A stretch of 64,000 nt of DNA. Source: Utricularia gibba. Lineage: Eukaryota > Plantae > Magnoliophyta. The position numbers and the translations under genes were made by a program. Location: assembly GCA_002189035.1 (NCBI GenBank), contig NEEC01000023.1, positions 186,001 through 250,000 on the forward strand. Reading direction: 5' to 3'. Under the pieces are notes generated by a model. That model was not told the origin of the DNA and did not search any database. It saw only the letters and a program-made list of their open reading frames with translations. Positions 36,110 to 47,636 of this stretch are shown piece after piece (the stretch's first letter is position 1; every line of letters begins with the position of its first letter).

Positions 36110-37452
36110 ATGGCTTCAGCGGCTCCTTCCCTGTCTTCATCGTCTTCTTGTCTTCGCAATTGTAACTTGAGAAGAAGCCCCAACACGGGGGCTGGGGTAA
36201 CGGCCTCTGTTTTCTCTGTGGTTGCTCAGAAGAAAGCTCGGAAGGTCCGCAAGGTATGCTGAAATCGGTGAAGTGTGGTTGCCATTGGTGTGAAATGGGT
36301 TTCTCTGTTTTTTTCTTGTATTTTATAAATGGGCTCTTGGATTTGTAGATCATCTTGAAGGAGGATGTTGCTGAATTGGGGAAGAAAGGGCAGCTCTTGG
36401 ATGTCAAAGCTGGGTTTTACAGGAACTTTCTGCTACCAATGGGAATGGCACAGATTGTGACACCCGATCTTATCAAGTAGGTGGTTTTTACCTGATTCAA
36501 ATGCATTCTTTCCATGGCTCATTGTCTGTGCTCTTTATTCTGCCTTGGTTAAGAGAATGGGAAGTCTGGGTCATGTTTTGCGTGTGTGCACAGGCTTCAG
36601 TATTGTCCCTAGTTTTCTTTAGCAAAATGCTTGTCTTGGGAAATGAAAATGCAAGTATAATAACTACCTGATGCTGCATAGAATATAACACACAATCTAA
36701 GGAGAAGTAAACCATTCCTCTAAAGTAACGTTTTCTTCTTCTGAAAGGTAAAAAATTTGCTGTAATTGGCTGATAATTCTTCATAGGCATGATGCTCATT
36801 GCACCTGAAAAATCATGGCTTATGAATGAATGCACCTGATTTCTAGTTTCTGTCATCCCCATCAGGGAAATGAAGGTGGAAGAGGAGAGAATAGAGGCAG
36901 AGAAGAAACGAGTAACCATCAATCATTTCCACAGGCTACAAAATTACATTTGATGCTAAGAGCTACCTGAATCACACCCCATCTTTTCAACTCTGGCTTT
37001 CAGGTGAAAGAAGAGGCTCTGCAACTCGCTCGAATCTTCGAGACTGTTGGTGGGTTCAAAGTGAAGCGCAAGGGTGGCCAAGGGAAGCAAATCTTCGGAA
37101 CGTAAGTGCAACCACGCTTTATATCGAAAATGCTTGGAAACTACACTCCCTTTTCTCTTCTGATCAAAACTTCCCTCTCTCAATGGTGCGCCCACAGTGT
37201 CACTGCTCAGGACCTCGTGGACATCATCAAGGCGCAGCTTCAAAGGTACTCAGGCCTCAGGCAGGCATACCCTGTTCATATCAGGTTATCAAACCACCAC
37301 AAGTTGATAAACCAGACCTCTTCTTCATCAGGGAAATCGACAAAAGGATCGTCTCCATTCCAGAGATTCGAGAAACAGGAGAATACATTGCAGAACTGAA
37401 GCTCCATCCCGAAGTTGCAGCTCGAGTAAGAGTGATCGTGTACGCCAATTAG
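36110..37452 (+). CDS. RPL9: Chloroplast 50S ribosomal protein L9, multi-exon
   Basis: Ser-rich transit peptide, [12 protein letters not shown]|[37 protein letters not shown]|[28 protein letters not shown]. Confidence 0.93.
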
Positions 37453-38241
37453 CTTGCCTTCATCAACTCTACTCTAGTCAAGAACCCTACTGTTGTACTC
37501 AAATACACTATTGTGGACGTGAATCGATTTAAATACATTTAATATTTACTTATATTTTTTAATCGAATTGATTTTAATTTACGGTAAATATATTTCAAAA
37601 ATACTAAAAAATAATTATTTTAATTTAATCATGGGTTAGAGTTAGAGCCTAGAGGTAAACCATGGATATCTTATTAAGCGGCAGTTCATTAACAAATCAC
37701 CAATGTTTTAATTTATAAAATACATCATAACAAAATTAGAAACCCTAAACTTCAAATTGTAAAACCAATATCCCGAATTCGAGATCAAAACCTAAACCCT
37801 AATCTTATTTTACGAGACAATTCAATTCTTTATAATTAGAACTAATCTAATTATTTAAATTAGATTAGTTTCAATTGACAAATCCCTTATATCTTATATA
37901 TTGAATAAAATGATTATCAAAACTATAATATAAAGCATTATTTAAGAAATTATCAACTATTAGATCATTTAATTAAAAAAATAATTTACATTAAATGAAA
38001 TGATTTCTTATAATTAAAGCTGATTTAATTATTATATTTTTACTGATAAAAAATCATTATATTTGTAATGAAATCAAATCGAACACGTGTACGGTGTACA
38101 TACTTTTAGCTGGCAAATCCAGGTGAGAGAGATCCCCTCAAATGCTATATATTGACCGGAGCGGACCTCCTCCCTCACAAACCTCATCGATCCTTTTCTT
38201 GTTTTCCCTCCATTATTCCTCTTTTGAACCTTCCGTCGAGG

Positions 38242-38715
38242 ATGGGGCGCGGGAAACTCCACCTGAAACCCATCGCCGACCTGAAAGCGCGTAGAAACGC
38301 TTTCAAGAAGAAGAAGACGTCGTTGGAGAAGTCGGCGGGAGAGCTGTCTGTCCTCTGCGGGGACGCCGTCGCGATGTCCATCGAGACGGAGGATGGCCCG
38401 TGGACCTGGTCCAGCGGGCCAGGGGCGCTGGAGCATTTGGCGGCTGAGGAGGCCTCCAATGGCGCCTTCAAGACATACACATTGGATGATTTCGTTGATC
38501 GCGGCGCGGAGGAGATGAGCGACAGCGACAATACAGAATTCCAGTCCATGTCCACAGGGGACTTATGGCGGTTGTCCGATGCGCTGAACATGCAGGTGGA
38601 CGCCGCGATGGAAAGGACCAATGTGTTAGGAATGATGACTCTGCTATATTCACCGGTTCGAGAGATCCCGGCTCTGACTCCGGGAGTGGACCCGGAGCAG
38701 TCGTTCTACTGCTAG
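38242..38715 (+). CDS. Type I MADS-box-like transcription factor, copy 1 (157 aa), intronless
   Basis: MGRGKLHLKPIADLKARRNAFKKKKTSLEKSAGELSVLCG aligns with the MADS consensus. No K domain and no introns. Confidence 0.82.
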   Translation: MGRGKLHLKPIADLKARRNAFKKKKTSLEKSAGELSVLCGDAVAMSIETEDGPWTWSSGPGALEHLAAEEASNGAFKTYTLDDFVDRGAEEMSDSDNTEFQSMSTGDLWRLSDALNMQVDAAMERTNVLGMMTLLYSPVREIPALTPGVDPEQSFYC

Positions 38716-40251
38716 AACCCCTGGAATGTTCTGCAGTGCAGGATCCTTTTGTTCAACAACATTCATCGTCTCCATTATGAAAGATTCTTTAAATTCAGTG
38801 TGACATATGATTGAATTCTAAACCCTAAATCGAAACCCTAGTCCCCAGATGTCCGGATGGGATTCATCTTTGATTGCTTTGAGAGGTCCGGTCCCTCAAC
38901 CATGATGATACTCTTTGTCTTCCATCCAAATGCTCATGTTCTGTGATACCCTATCCAAATTCTCGTCTCAGGAGGCACCTGGGGATTTTTGGCCGTGCCT
39001 GGAATGTTCCTAGGTTTTGTCTTGGTAGTCTACGCAGTGTCCTAATGTTCCTCTCTTGTCATTATTCGGATACTCACCATCGAAACTATCTAGGCGCATA
39101 CCCTATCAGCCATCTGAGCTTCCACATTTACAGTTGTCCTCCCCCTTCTTGCTGCCCAGATTCTTTCTCCTCTGCTCAGATCTTTTACGCCCAAGTGCTC
39201 GGCTACAGAGTGTCTCCTCCCCCAGCTTTATACTCCTGTATTTTATTCTTGTCAAGTGCTTTCCATTCGGGTTTTGCCATGATGACAATCCTTGCACCAC
39301 ATTTCTTGCCCGCAACGAGATCTCTTCTCGGGTACCTTCCACTCGAATCATATTTTGAAGGAGTTTTTTTTCTACCCAAGTGCCATTTTGAAAGCAGTAA
39401 CTTCCTAGCTACATACTCCCCTCATCTTCTCATCAAGGAAATAGCTTCCCAATCAACTTTTTCCCCTGTATTTGTGATCAAATTGTTCTTCACTTGGATG
39501 TGAACTCTTCTTGGCACATTCCCTCTTAGAGTTGTAATCGTTTCGAACTAGAACCGCAGTTTAGTTTCCAGTTCCGGTTTCTTAATAGGCACATTCCCTC
39601 TCTCGCTTCTCTTTTTGGACATTGTCTACTCGAGAGCTGGCTAAACCCTGGATTTTAAAATATATTACAGAACGGTATTTATTTATTAAATACCCTGCGT
39701 TTTAATGTTTTTTGCATAATGTACTATGTTAAGCTTTCATTTGCAAACTACTTCATAAGAAATCAAACCTAAATTCGATACCTCAAATCTTAAAACCAAA
39801 TTGTATATCAAAAAACCTGACCCCTAAACTCTAAATATTATTTTATTAGACAATTCAATTCTCTATAACTAAAATTAATCTAACTCTTGTATTTCTAAAA
39901 GCACACAAATTAAAAAGTATAAATGGTTATTTGAAGTTTGAATCGAAAAATTCCCTTAAATCGTATATATTTAATAAAATAATTATCAAAACTAAACTAT
40001 AAAACCTTATTTAAGAAACTAACAACTATTAGATCATTTAATTAAAAAATAAGTCACATTAAATCAAATGATTTCTAATAATGATTGAATTTTATATTTC
40101 TTATTTATTTATTACACAGCTGGCAAATCCAGGTGAGAGAGATCCCCTCTAATGTTATATATTGACCGGAGCGGACCTCCGCCCTCACAAACCTCATCGA
40201 TCATTTTCTTGTTTTCCCTCCATTATTCCTCTTTTGAACCTTCCGTCGGGG

Positions 40252-40719
40252 ATGGGGCGCGGGAAACTCCACCTGAAACCTATCGCCGACCTGAAAGCAC
40301 GTAGAAACGCTTTCAAGAAGAAGAAGACGTCGTTGGAGAAGTCGGCGGGAGAGCTGTCCGTCCTCTGCGGGGACGCCGTCGCGATGTCCATTGAGACGGA
40401 AGACGGCCCGTGGACCTGGTCCAGCGGGCCAGGGGCGCTGGAGCATTTGGCGGCTGAGGAGGCCTCCAATGGCGCCTTCAAGACCTACACATTGGATGAT
40501 TTCGTTGATCGCGGCGCGGAGGAGATGAGCGACAGCGACAATACAGAATTCCAGTCCATGTCCACAGGGGACTTATGGCGGTTGTCCGACGCGCTGAGCA
40601 TGCAGGTGGACGCCGCGATGGAAAGGATGTTAGGAATGATGACTGCGGTATTCTCACCGGTTCCAGAGAACCCGGTTCTGACACCGGGAGTGGACCCGGC
40701 CCAGTCGTTCTACTGCTAG
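40252..40719 (+). CDS. Type I MADS-box-like transcription factor, copy 2 (155 aa)
   Basis: Near-identical to copy 1; C-terminus ERMLGMMTAVFSPVPENPVLTPGVDPAQSFYC. Confidence 0.82.
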   Translation: MGRGKLHLKPIADLKARRNAFKKKKTSLEKSAGELSVLCGDAVAMSIETEDGPWTWSSGPGALEHLAAEEASNGAFKTYTLDDFVDRGAEEMSDSDNTEFQSMSTGDLWRLSDALSMQVDAAMERMLGMMTAVFSPVPENPVLTPGVDPAQSFYC

Positions 40720-42236
40720 AACCCCTGGAATGCTCTGCAGTGCAGGATCCTTTTGTTCAACAACATTCATCGTCTCCATTATGAAAGATTCTTTAAATTC
40801 AGTGTGACATATGATTGAATTCTAAACCCTAAATCGAAACCCTAGTCCCCAGATGTCCGGATGGGATTCATCTTTGATTGCTTTGAGAGGTCCGGTCCCT
40901 CAACCATGATGATAGTCTCTCTATGTGTTCCATCCAAATGCTCATGTTCTGTTATGCCCTATCCACATTCTCGTCTCAGGAGGCACCTGGGAATCTACGG
41001 CCGTGCCTGAAGTGTTCCTAGGTTTTCTCTTGGCACTCTACTCAGTGCCCAATGCTCCTCTCTTGTCATTATTCAGATACTCACCATTGAAACTTTCCAG
41101 GCGCATACCCTATCAGCCATCCGAGATTCCACATTTACAGTTGTGCTAGAGATTATCATCCTTAGCCTCTTCTTGCTCCCTAGATTCTTTCTCCTCTGCT
41201 CAGATCTTTTAAACCCAAGTGCTCGGCTATAGACTGTATCCTCCTCCAGCACTGCTTATACTTTTGTATGTGAGTATTTCTTCCTGCCAAGTGCGTTATA
41301 TTTGGGGTTTTGTCATGATGACGATCCTTGCACAACATTTCTTGCCCGATTATTCATCACAAGGAGATGTCTTCTCGGGCACCTTCGACTCGAGTCTTAT
41401 TCTGAACGAAATATGAAGGAGATGAGTCATTTTAAATGCAATAACTTCCTAGGCACTTACTCCCCTCATCTTCTCATGAAGGAAATAGCTTCCCATTGAA
41501 ATTTTGCCCGTGTATTTGTTATCAAAGTGCTCTTCACCTAGATGAGAATATGCTTGGCGCATTCCCTCTCTCGCTTCTCTTTATGGGCATTGTCTACTCG
41601 AGCCCTAATTAAACCCTGGATTTTAAAGTACCTTACAAAACTGTATTTCTTTATCCAATACCCCTGCTGCGTTTTAAAGTTGCTTGCATAATAGCCTATG
41701 TTAAGCTTTCATTTGCAAACTACTTCATAAAAAATTAATCTAAACCCAATATGTCAAATCTTAAAACCAAATTCGAAATTGAAAAATCTGAGCCCTAAAC
41801 TCTAAATTTTATTTTACGAGACAATTTGAATATTTTTAATTAAAACAAATCAAAACACAAATTAAACAAGTATAAATGGTTGTTTGAAGTTTGAAGTGAC
41901 AAATCCCCTAATTCTTATATATTGAGTGAAATAACTGGCAAAACTAACAACTATTAGATCATTTAATTAAAAAAATAATTCACATTCAATCAAATGATTT
42001 CTTATAATTAAAGCTGATTTAATTATTATATTTCTACTGATAAATAAATCATTATATTTGTAATGAAATCAAATCGAACACGTGTACGGTGTACACACTT
42101 TTAGCTGGCAAATCCAGGGGAGAAAGATCCCCTGAAATGTTATATATTGACCGGAGCGGACCTCCGCCCTCGCAAACCTCATCGATCATTTTCTTGTTTT
42201 CCCTCCATTATTCCTCTTTTGAACCTTCCGTCGGGG

Positions 42237-42698
42237 ATGGCGCGCGGGAAACTGCACCTGAAACCCATCGCCGACCTGAAAGCGCGTAGAAACGCTTTCA
42301 AGAAGAAGAAGACGTCGCTGGAGAAGTCGGCGGGAGAGCTGGCCGTCCTCTGCGGGGACGCCGTCGCGATGTCCATCGAGACGGAGGACGGCCCGTGGAC
42401 CTGGTCCAGCGGGCCAGGGGCGCTGGAGCATTTGGCGGCTGAGGAGGCCTCCAATGGCGCCTTCAAGACCTACACATTGGATGATTTCGTTGATCGCGGC
42501 GCGGAGGAGATGAGCCACGATACAGAATTCCAGTCCATGAACACAGGGGACTTATGGCGGTTGTCCGACGCCCTGAACATGCAGGTGGACGCCGCGATGG
42601 AAAGGATGTTAGGAATGATGACTGCGGTATTCTCACCGGTTCCAGAGAACCCGGTTCTGACACCGGGAGTGGACCCGGCCCAGTCGTTCTACTGCTAG
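42237..42698 (+). CDS. Type I MADS-box-like transcription factor, copy 3 (153 aa)
   Basis: Starts MARGKLHLKP, has a 2-aa deletion (EMSHDTEF), and its C-terminus is identical to copy 2. Confidence 0.82.
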   Translation: MARGKLHLKPIADLKARRNAFKKKKTSLEKSAGELAVLCGDAVAMSIETEDGPWTWSSGPGALEHLAAEEASNGAFKTYTLDDFVDRGAEEMSHDTEFQSMNTGDLWRLSDALNMQVDAAMERMLGMMTAVFSPVPENPVLTPGVDPAQSFYC

Positions 42699-42793
42699 AA
42701 CCCCTGGAATGCTTTGCAGTGCAGGATCCTTTTGTTCAACAACATTCATCGTCTCCATTATGAAAGATTCTTTAAATTCAGTGTGACATATGA

Positions 42794-43029
42794 TGAAAGA
42801 TGGCTGTTTCCACTTGAAGCGAAATAACCGAAGGCACAGAACAGATATTTCACGCTTTATGGGCCTATTGGCTTTCTTTTATTTCTTTGTAATTGTACAT
42901 AGTTAGCCCAACAAACAACTCTGCACAATTGTATATATTGAATATCGCTGAAACGGTAACTAGTGGGTTGTTCTTCCACATTTGTGAGCTGTTGCGTTGT
43001 TCTTCCAGAATCCATCTTGAATTCGTACA
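42794..43029. mobile_element. 236-bp insertion flanked by an 8-bp direct repeat (ACATATGA) in MADS unit 3
   Basis: Units 1 and 2 read gtgtg-acatatga-ttgaattct. Unit 3 has acatatga at 42786-42793 and 43030-43037 with 236 bp between. No clear terminal inverted repeat or poly(A). Confidence 0.5.
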
Positions 43030-44216
43030 ACATATGACTGAATTCTAAACCCTAAATCGAAACCCTAATCCCCAAATCTCTTGATAGGATGTCATTTTGG
43101 TTATCATCATGTATTTAATTGTTTTTAGGAAATATTTATTACCTTGATATTTAAACTATGTTCGCAACCCAATTTCATTCTCATAAAATCAATTATATTT
43201 TCTTAAATACGTATTTAATTATATAATGTATTTTTATATAATTGATTTTCTTATAAAATCAATTATATCAAATTATCTTCTATGGAAATTAATTTTTGAA
43301 AATTACTTTACTTTTTGTAAAAACACAAAAAACGTATCTTTACTCAGCAAGAATTTTCAATTCTAATAGAATTTAGCGTTACTCTCTAATTGTGTCCATT
43401 CAAGCGCCATCTACATGACTCTTCTTCACAAGAAGATATTGTCCTCATACTTTGCAAACCTTATTAACAAGGTGATATCTTTTCAAACGTTTTATTTCTA
43501 GATACCAAACACTTTGTGATGAATTTAAAAATATAATGAATATTATAAAAAATTCTTCCAAAGAGAGGTATAACTACCTAACCTCTACTTTTAAGATATA
43601 AGATTAAGAAAGATATCTTTATATAATAATCATTTTATTTCATCTATAATCGATATGAAATTCGTTTAATATATTTCAATGCTTACGTGAACCATACTCC
43701 TTCATCTTCTTGAAAACTCAACATTATCGTGAAGATTTACCCCACCATCAATTATAAGTTCAAGTTTAATTATGATACCAAATGCAATGATTCAGCACGT
43801 ACATATACCACTGTTTAGAAAATTGAAAGATGGGTGTTTGTTTAAAAAATCCGACGCGAACATGGCTTGCATTTATTGAAAGAAATCCAGATAGGCATTC
43901 GATACGTCGTCGTTTGCGTTACAGATCAGGAGACATAAAAATCCAACTCCCCATCACTCTTCCCTAATATTTTACAAAAAGGAAAATAAATGATCCGTAA
44001 ATTTGAATAGTATAAATAAATAAAAATCATCCATTATATCACATAGCACATGCTGTAATTACTTTTCTAATGTTATTTTTTGTATAGTTTCCATTTTTTT
44101 TAGATATTTCTATTAAAAAAATCATCAAAAAAACCATATCCGTGGGTCCCACCACGTTATTTGTCACGACAGATCTGAAAGTCCAGCCAGGTCATCGAAT
44201 TTTAAATAGCATGGTA

Positions 44217-44266
44217 TACGTGGCAGCTGGCCACTGGTGCACACTCATATTTGCATGATGCACGTG
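44217..44266. promoter_or_regulatory. ABRE (TACGTGGC), RY-like TGCATG and G-box (CACGTG) cluster upstream of the TIP gene
   Basis: tacgtggc 44217-44224, tgcatg 44252-44257, cacgtg 44261-44266. A TATAAA lies at 44707. Confidence 0.45.
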
Positions 44267-44752
44267 TAGAATGGCTACCGGTTTACCTACCCGACGGCAT
44301 TCCCTTCCAATACAAAGAAAATAAATTTTTCTTCTAAAAATGTCCATTTTACGCTATTAATTCGGTTTAATATTTTTCGAATTGCATAACGGTGGTTCGA
44401 ATTGAAACAGTGTGGGTTGATTTCAGTTAAGATTCGATTAAATTTTAATATTTCGAACCTTAATTTTTAAATTAATGATTTTATGAAATTGAAAATTAAT
44501 CGATCTAGAATCGATCCCAATTCTAGTGTATTAATCCAAAAGATCTAATCTTCTCTTACAAACATGTTGTTTTTTTGAAGTAAAACATATTTCTTAACAT
44601 GTAATATTCATGAGGATTTTATGACTGAAAATAGAAATTAATAATGGATTTTGGAATTTTTGAATTTAAATTGATTTAATGAGTAATAAGGGGCGGTGGA
44701 CAAGCTTATAAAGAAATAGCAGCAGCAGCTCCTCCGCATAGCGTCACCCACA

Positions 44753-45619
44753 ATGCCTTCCGCCAACGACTACTTCAACGTCCCTCTCCGCCGCGTCGCC
44801 GTCGGGAGTCGGGACGAGTTCCGGCATCCCGGAGTCGTAAAGGCGGCGGTGGCGGAATTCATAAGCACTTTCATCTACGTCTTTGCAGCCTCTGGATCTG
44901 GCGCAGCATACAACAAGCTGACAGGAAGCGGCCTCGCCTCCCCCACGGGCCTCGTCGCCGGTGCTATTGCTCAAGCCTTTGCATACTTTGTTGCTGTCTC
45001 TGTCGGCACTAACGTCTCCGGTGGCCATGTCAACCCCGCCGTCACCTTCGGCCTCTTCATCGGCGGTAACGTCACCTTCTTCCGGGGCCTTGCGTACATC
45101 ATCGCTCAGCTTCTCGGATCCGTGGTCGCCGCCGCCCTCCTCATCTTCACCACCGGCGGCGAGGTCCGTAAACTTAGCATTCATTACATGTATTATTTAT
45201 TTCTTTTTTTAATCATATCTCATGAGTTGTGTTCAACCCTTGATGTAAATGATCAGGAGCTTCCTACATTCACCGTCACCGGCGTCTCGATCTGGAGCGG
45301 CTTCGTCCTAGAGATCGTTCTCACGTTCGGGCTCGTGTACACCATCTACGCCACCTCCGTAGACCCCAAGAAGGGAGAGATCGGAATCTTGGCTCCCCTG
45401 GCAGCCGGGCTGATCGTCGGGGCCAGCGTCCTCGCCGGCGGAGCTTTCACCGGCGCCGCCCTGAACCCCGCGTTGGCATTTGGGCCAGCCCTAGTCACAT
45501 TCAAATGGAGGAACCACTGGATTTACTGGGCCGGGCCTGCCATCGGCGGCGCGGTGGCCGGAATCGTGTATGAAGTGTTCTTCATCAACCACTCCCATGA
45601 GCCCATCTCCCAGTTCTGA
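44753..45619 (+). CDS. TIP1: Aquaporin, tonoplast intrinsic protein TIP1 subgroup, 2 exons
   Basis: Exons 44753-45163 and 45257-45619; the 93-nt intron is read through in the ORF track. [18 protein letters not shown], second [14 protein letters not shown]1-like C-terminus [11 protein letters not shown]. Confidence 0.92.
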   Translation: MPSANDYFNVPLRRVAVGSRDEFRHPGVVKAAVAEFISTFIYVFAASGSGAAYNKLTGSGLASPTGLVAGAIAQAFAYFVAVSVGTNVSGGHVNPAVTFGLFIGGNVTFFRGLAYIIAQLLGSVVAAALLIFTTGGEVRKLSIHYMYYLFLFLIISHELCSTLDVNDQELPTFTVTGVSIWSGFVLEIVLTFGLVYTIYATSVDPKKGEIGILAPLAAGLIVGASVLAGGAFTGAALNPALAFGPALVTFKWRNHWIYWAGPAIGGAVAGIVYEVFFINHSHEPISQF

Positions 45620-46031
45620 GCTGCAACGTGGTTCCCTGAGACGTCGTCCTTTTTTCATGCTTTCAAGCCATGGATTTCGTGTTATTATTTTCCCTTTTTT
45701 CTCAATAAATAAATAAAATCCCTATTTAAAAAACTGTAAAATCACAATATCTACTTCTCAAAATTATTTTTTAATAATTATTTTCTGGTGTGAAAAATGA
45801 AAAAAAAAAATCTTTTGGTGATAGAAAGAAAAATGATAAGGAATCCATGCTCATTAATGGATGGCCATTCTTTTGCTTAATTGTTCCACGTGCTCATTAT
45901 TAAATTCAACACGTGCGTAGGCGTCCTTCTTACAAGCCGGACTAGGTTTTGTCGAAACGTGAGCGTTGGAATCCACTCGGCGTGGAGAAGATTAGGTCGA
46001 AAAGTTATGGAGCTTCTGAGGTCAAAAGCTC

Positions 46032-47636
46032 TTAGCTTTGATCAATGTCGATCACCCCTCCATCTTCTTTCCCATGCAAAATCGCGCTGCCGGACGTTCT
46101 CCCTCGTTCATTTGCCGATGCATCGCTGTTCTTGGCACTGGAACTCCGGTTCCTCCACAACGATGCAACCGGGTCGTCTTGTACTTGGAATCTTACTGAG
46201 TCAAATGCTCCCCCGTCACTTGCCTTGTCGTTGATCATATCGAATCGCATCCTTACTCTGCAGTGATCACACGTTTGTAAAAGGTGGAAGTAAAATAACC
46301 AGAGAGAATTTCCGAAAGGTGGTTGCTTTTGGTTACCTTTCACCGTAGGTGAAGGAAGATGATGAAAAAGAGTGATCCTTGTGTCGAAAGCTCGTAATGA
46401 AGCGATTCTCCGTCGAAAAATCGGGGTCACGAGACGTAAACGAGGCAGAGGACAGCTGGGGATCCAACAGTGAGTGGTTGTATGATGGAACAAAGCGAGA
46501 CTTGTTGTCTTTCACATAGATAGAGCCACAGGAGACCAGTTGCATGATCTTGCACAATGGCTTGAGCCTCGGTGTTGTACTAGGATGTGCTCGAGCCTCG
46601 CCCACTGCAAGTGATCTTTTGATGTTCCCGAGTCTCCTGATGTCATCTCTTATAAGGGACTCCAAGGTGTTGCTCCTGAAACTGGGGAATGAATCAGTGG
46701 ATGTGGAATGAGGAGACAGAGTGATGCTCTTCCTTTCTGTTTTGAACACTTGCTTTTCACTGCAGGTTTCCACAGGCCGGGTGCAAGTCTGCCTGTCTTC
46801 AGTTATATTGAACCCATCGATTTCGGTCTGTGTAGCAGCATTGGCGAAACGGGAAGGCAGATTCAGTGATGGAGTGGAGCAATGATGCTGAGAAGCTCCA
46901 ATATTCATTTGGTTTCCGGCGTTGTAGTTTGAAGAAGGAGAAGCTCCGGTTCCCATTTGAGGGTGCAGCTGTGATCTCTTCTTGTTTACTGGTATTCCTC
47001 CAGGTCCTGACAAGAAGAAGATGCCACCAGGAGTGAGTTCTCAAGCTCTGTATACCCTGAAAGAACTCTGATGTACCTAAGTTTGATTGTTGAAAGAACT
47101 CTGATCCCTTGAGAACATACTCGTTGTCTTGAGCAGGAAGTATGAGATCATCTTCACAAAGATCATGCCAGACATAGCCACTTTTATGGCTCCTGCATTC
47201 CCCAGAACAGAGCAACATGGATTCTGTTACATACCAGACAGCAAACAAAGGGAGTATTTATCATTGAGCATCTTCTACTACCTCTTAGAAGACCAAGAAT
47301 ACCTTGCCGCCATGCCATTTCCCCTCAAGGCATTCAGCCTCTGAAGCACATCTGTAGGCCACAAAACAATCGTCTCAGAAGCCACGCACCCCGTTTTCCA
47401 AATTCCAAGTGTTTGTTACCTCTTAAGCGCAGGCCTTCAGGGGATGACAAGGCAACTTCCATCAGGTGCGGCTGATGAAGCTGCTGATTGCTGCAAAGAT
47501 AGTACACCACCGGCACCTTGTTGCAGAACGGCGGCGGATCACTCCGATGGCTATGCCGATATTTGGGGCACTTTTCTGTCCACACCATGGCCCTCCCAGG
47601 ACTCAGCCGCGCATATGTCTGAACTCTCCCTTCCAT
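46032..47636 (-). CDS. SOSEKI / UPSTREAM OF FLC (DUF966) polarity protein, SOK3-like
   Basis: [42 protein letters not shown]|[24 protein letters not shown]|..[24 protein letters not shown], plus the conserved MQLVSCGS motif. Last exon ends at 46032. Confidence 0.88.

Larger units (their letters stand above)
37655..43090 (+). repeat. Tandem array of three ~2.0 kb units, each with a type I MADS gene
   Basis: ATG-to-ATG periods are 2010 and 1985 bp. Promoter, CDS and 3' sequence are shared. Unit 3 is truncated on the right; outer boundaries are approximate. Confidence 0.9.

Noticed and set aside
38152-38241. N-terminal extensions (MTGADL..) on the MADS ORFs in the track
   Set aside because: They start at TTG right after the TATA-like element. 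The real start is the MGR/MAR ATG of the MADS box.
38943-39503. 186-aa ORF in the MADS spacer
   Set aside because: GTG start, no known motif, and the homologous spacer in unit 2 has stops and frameshifts.
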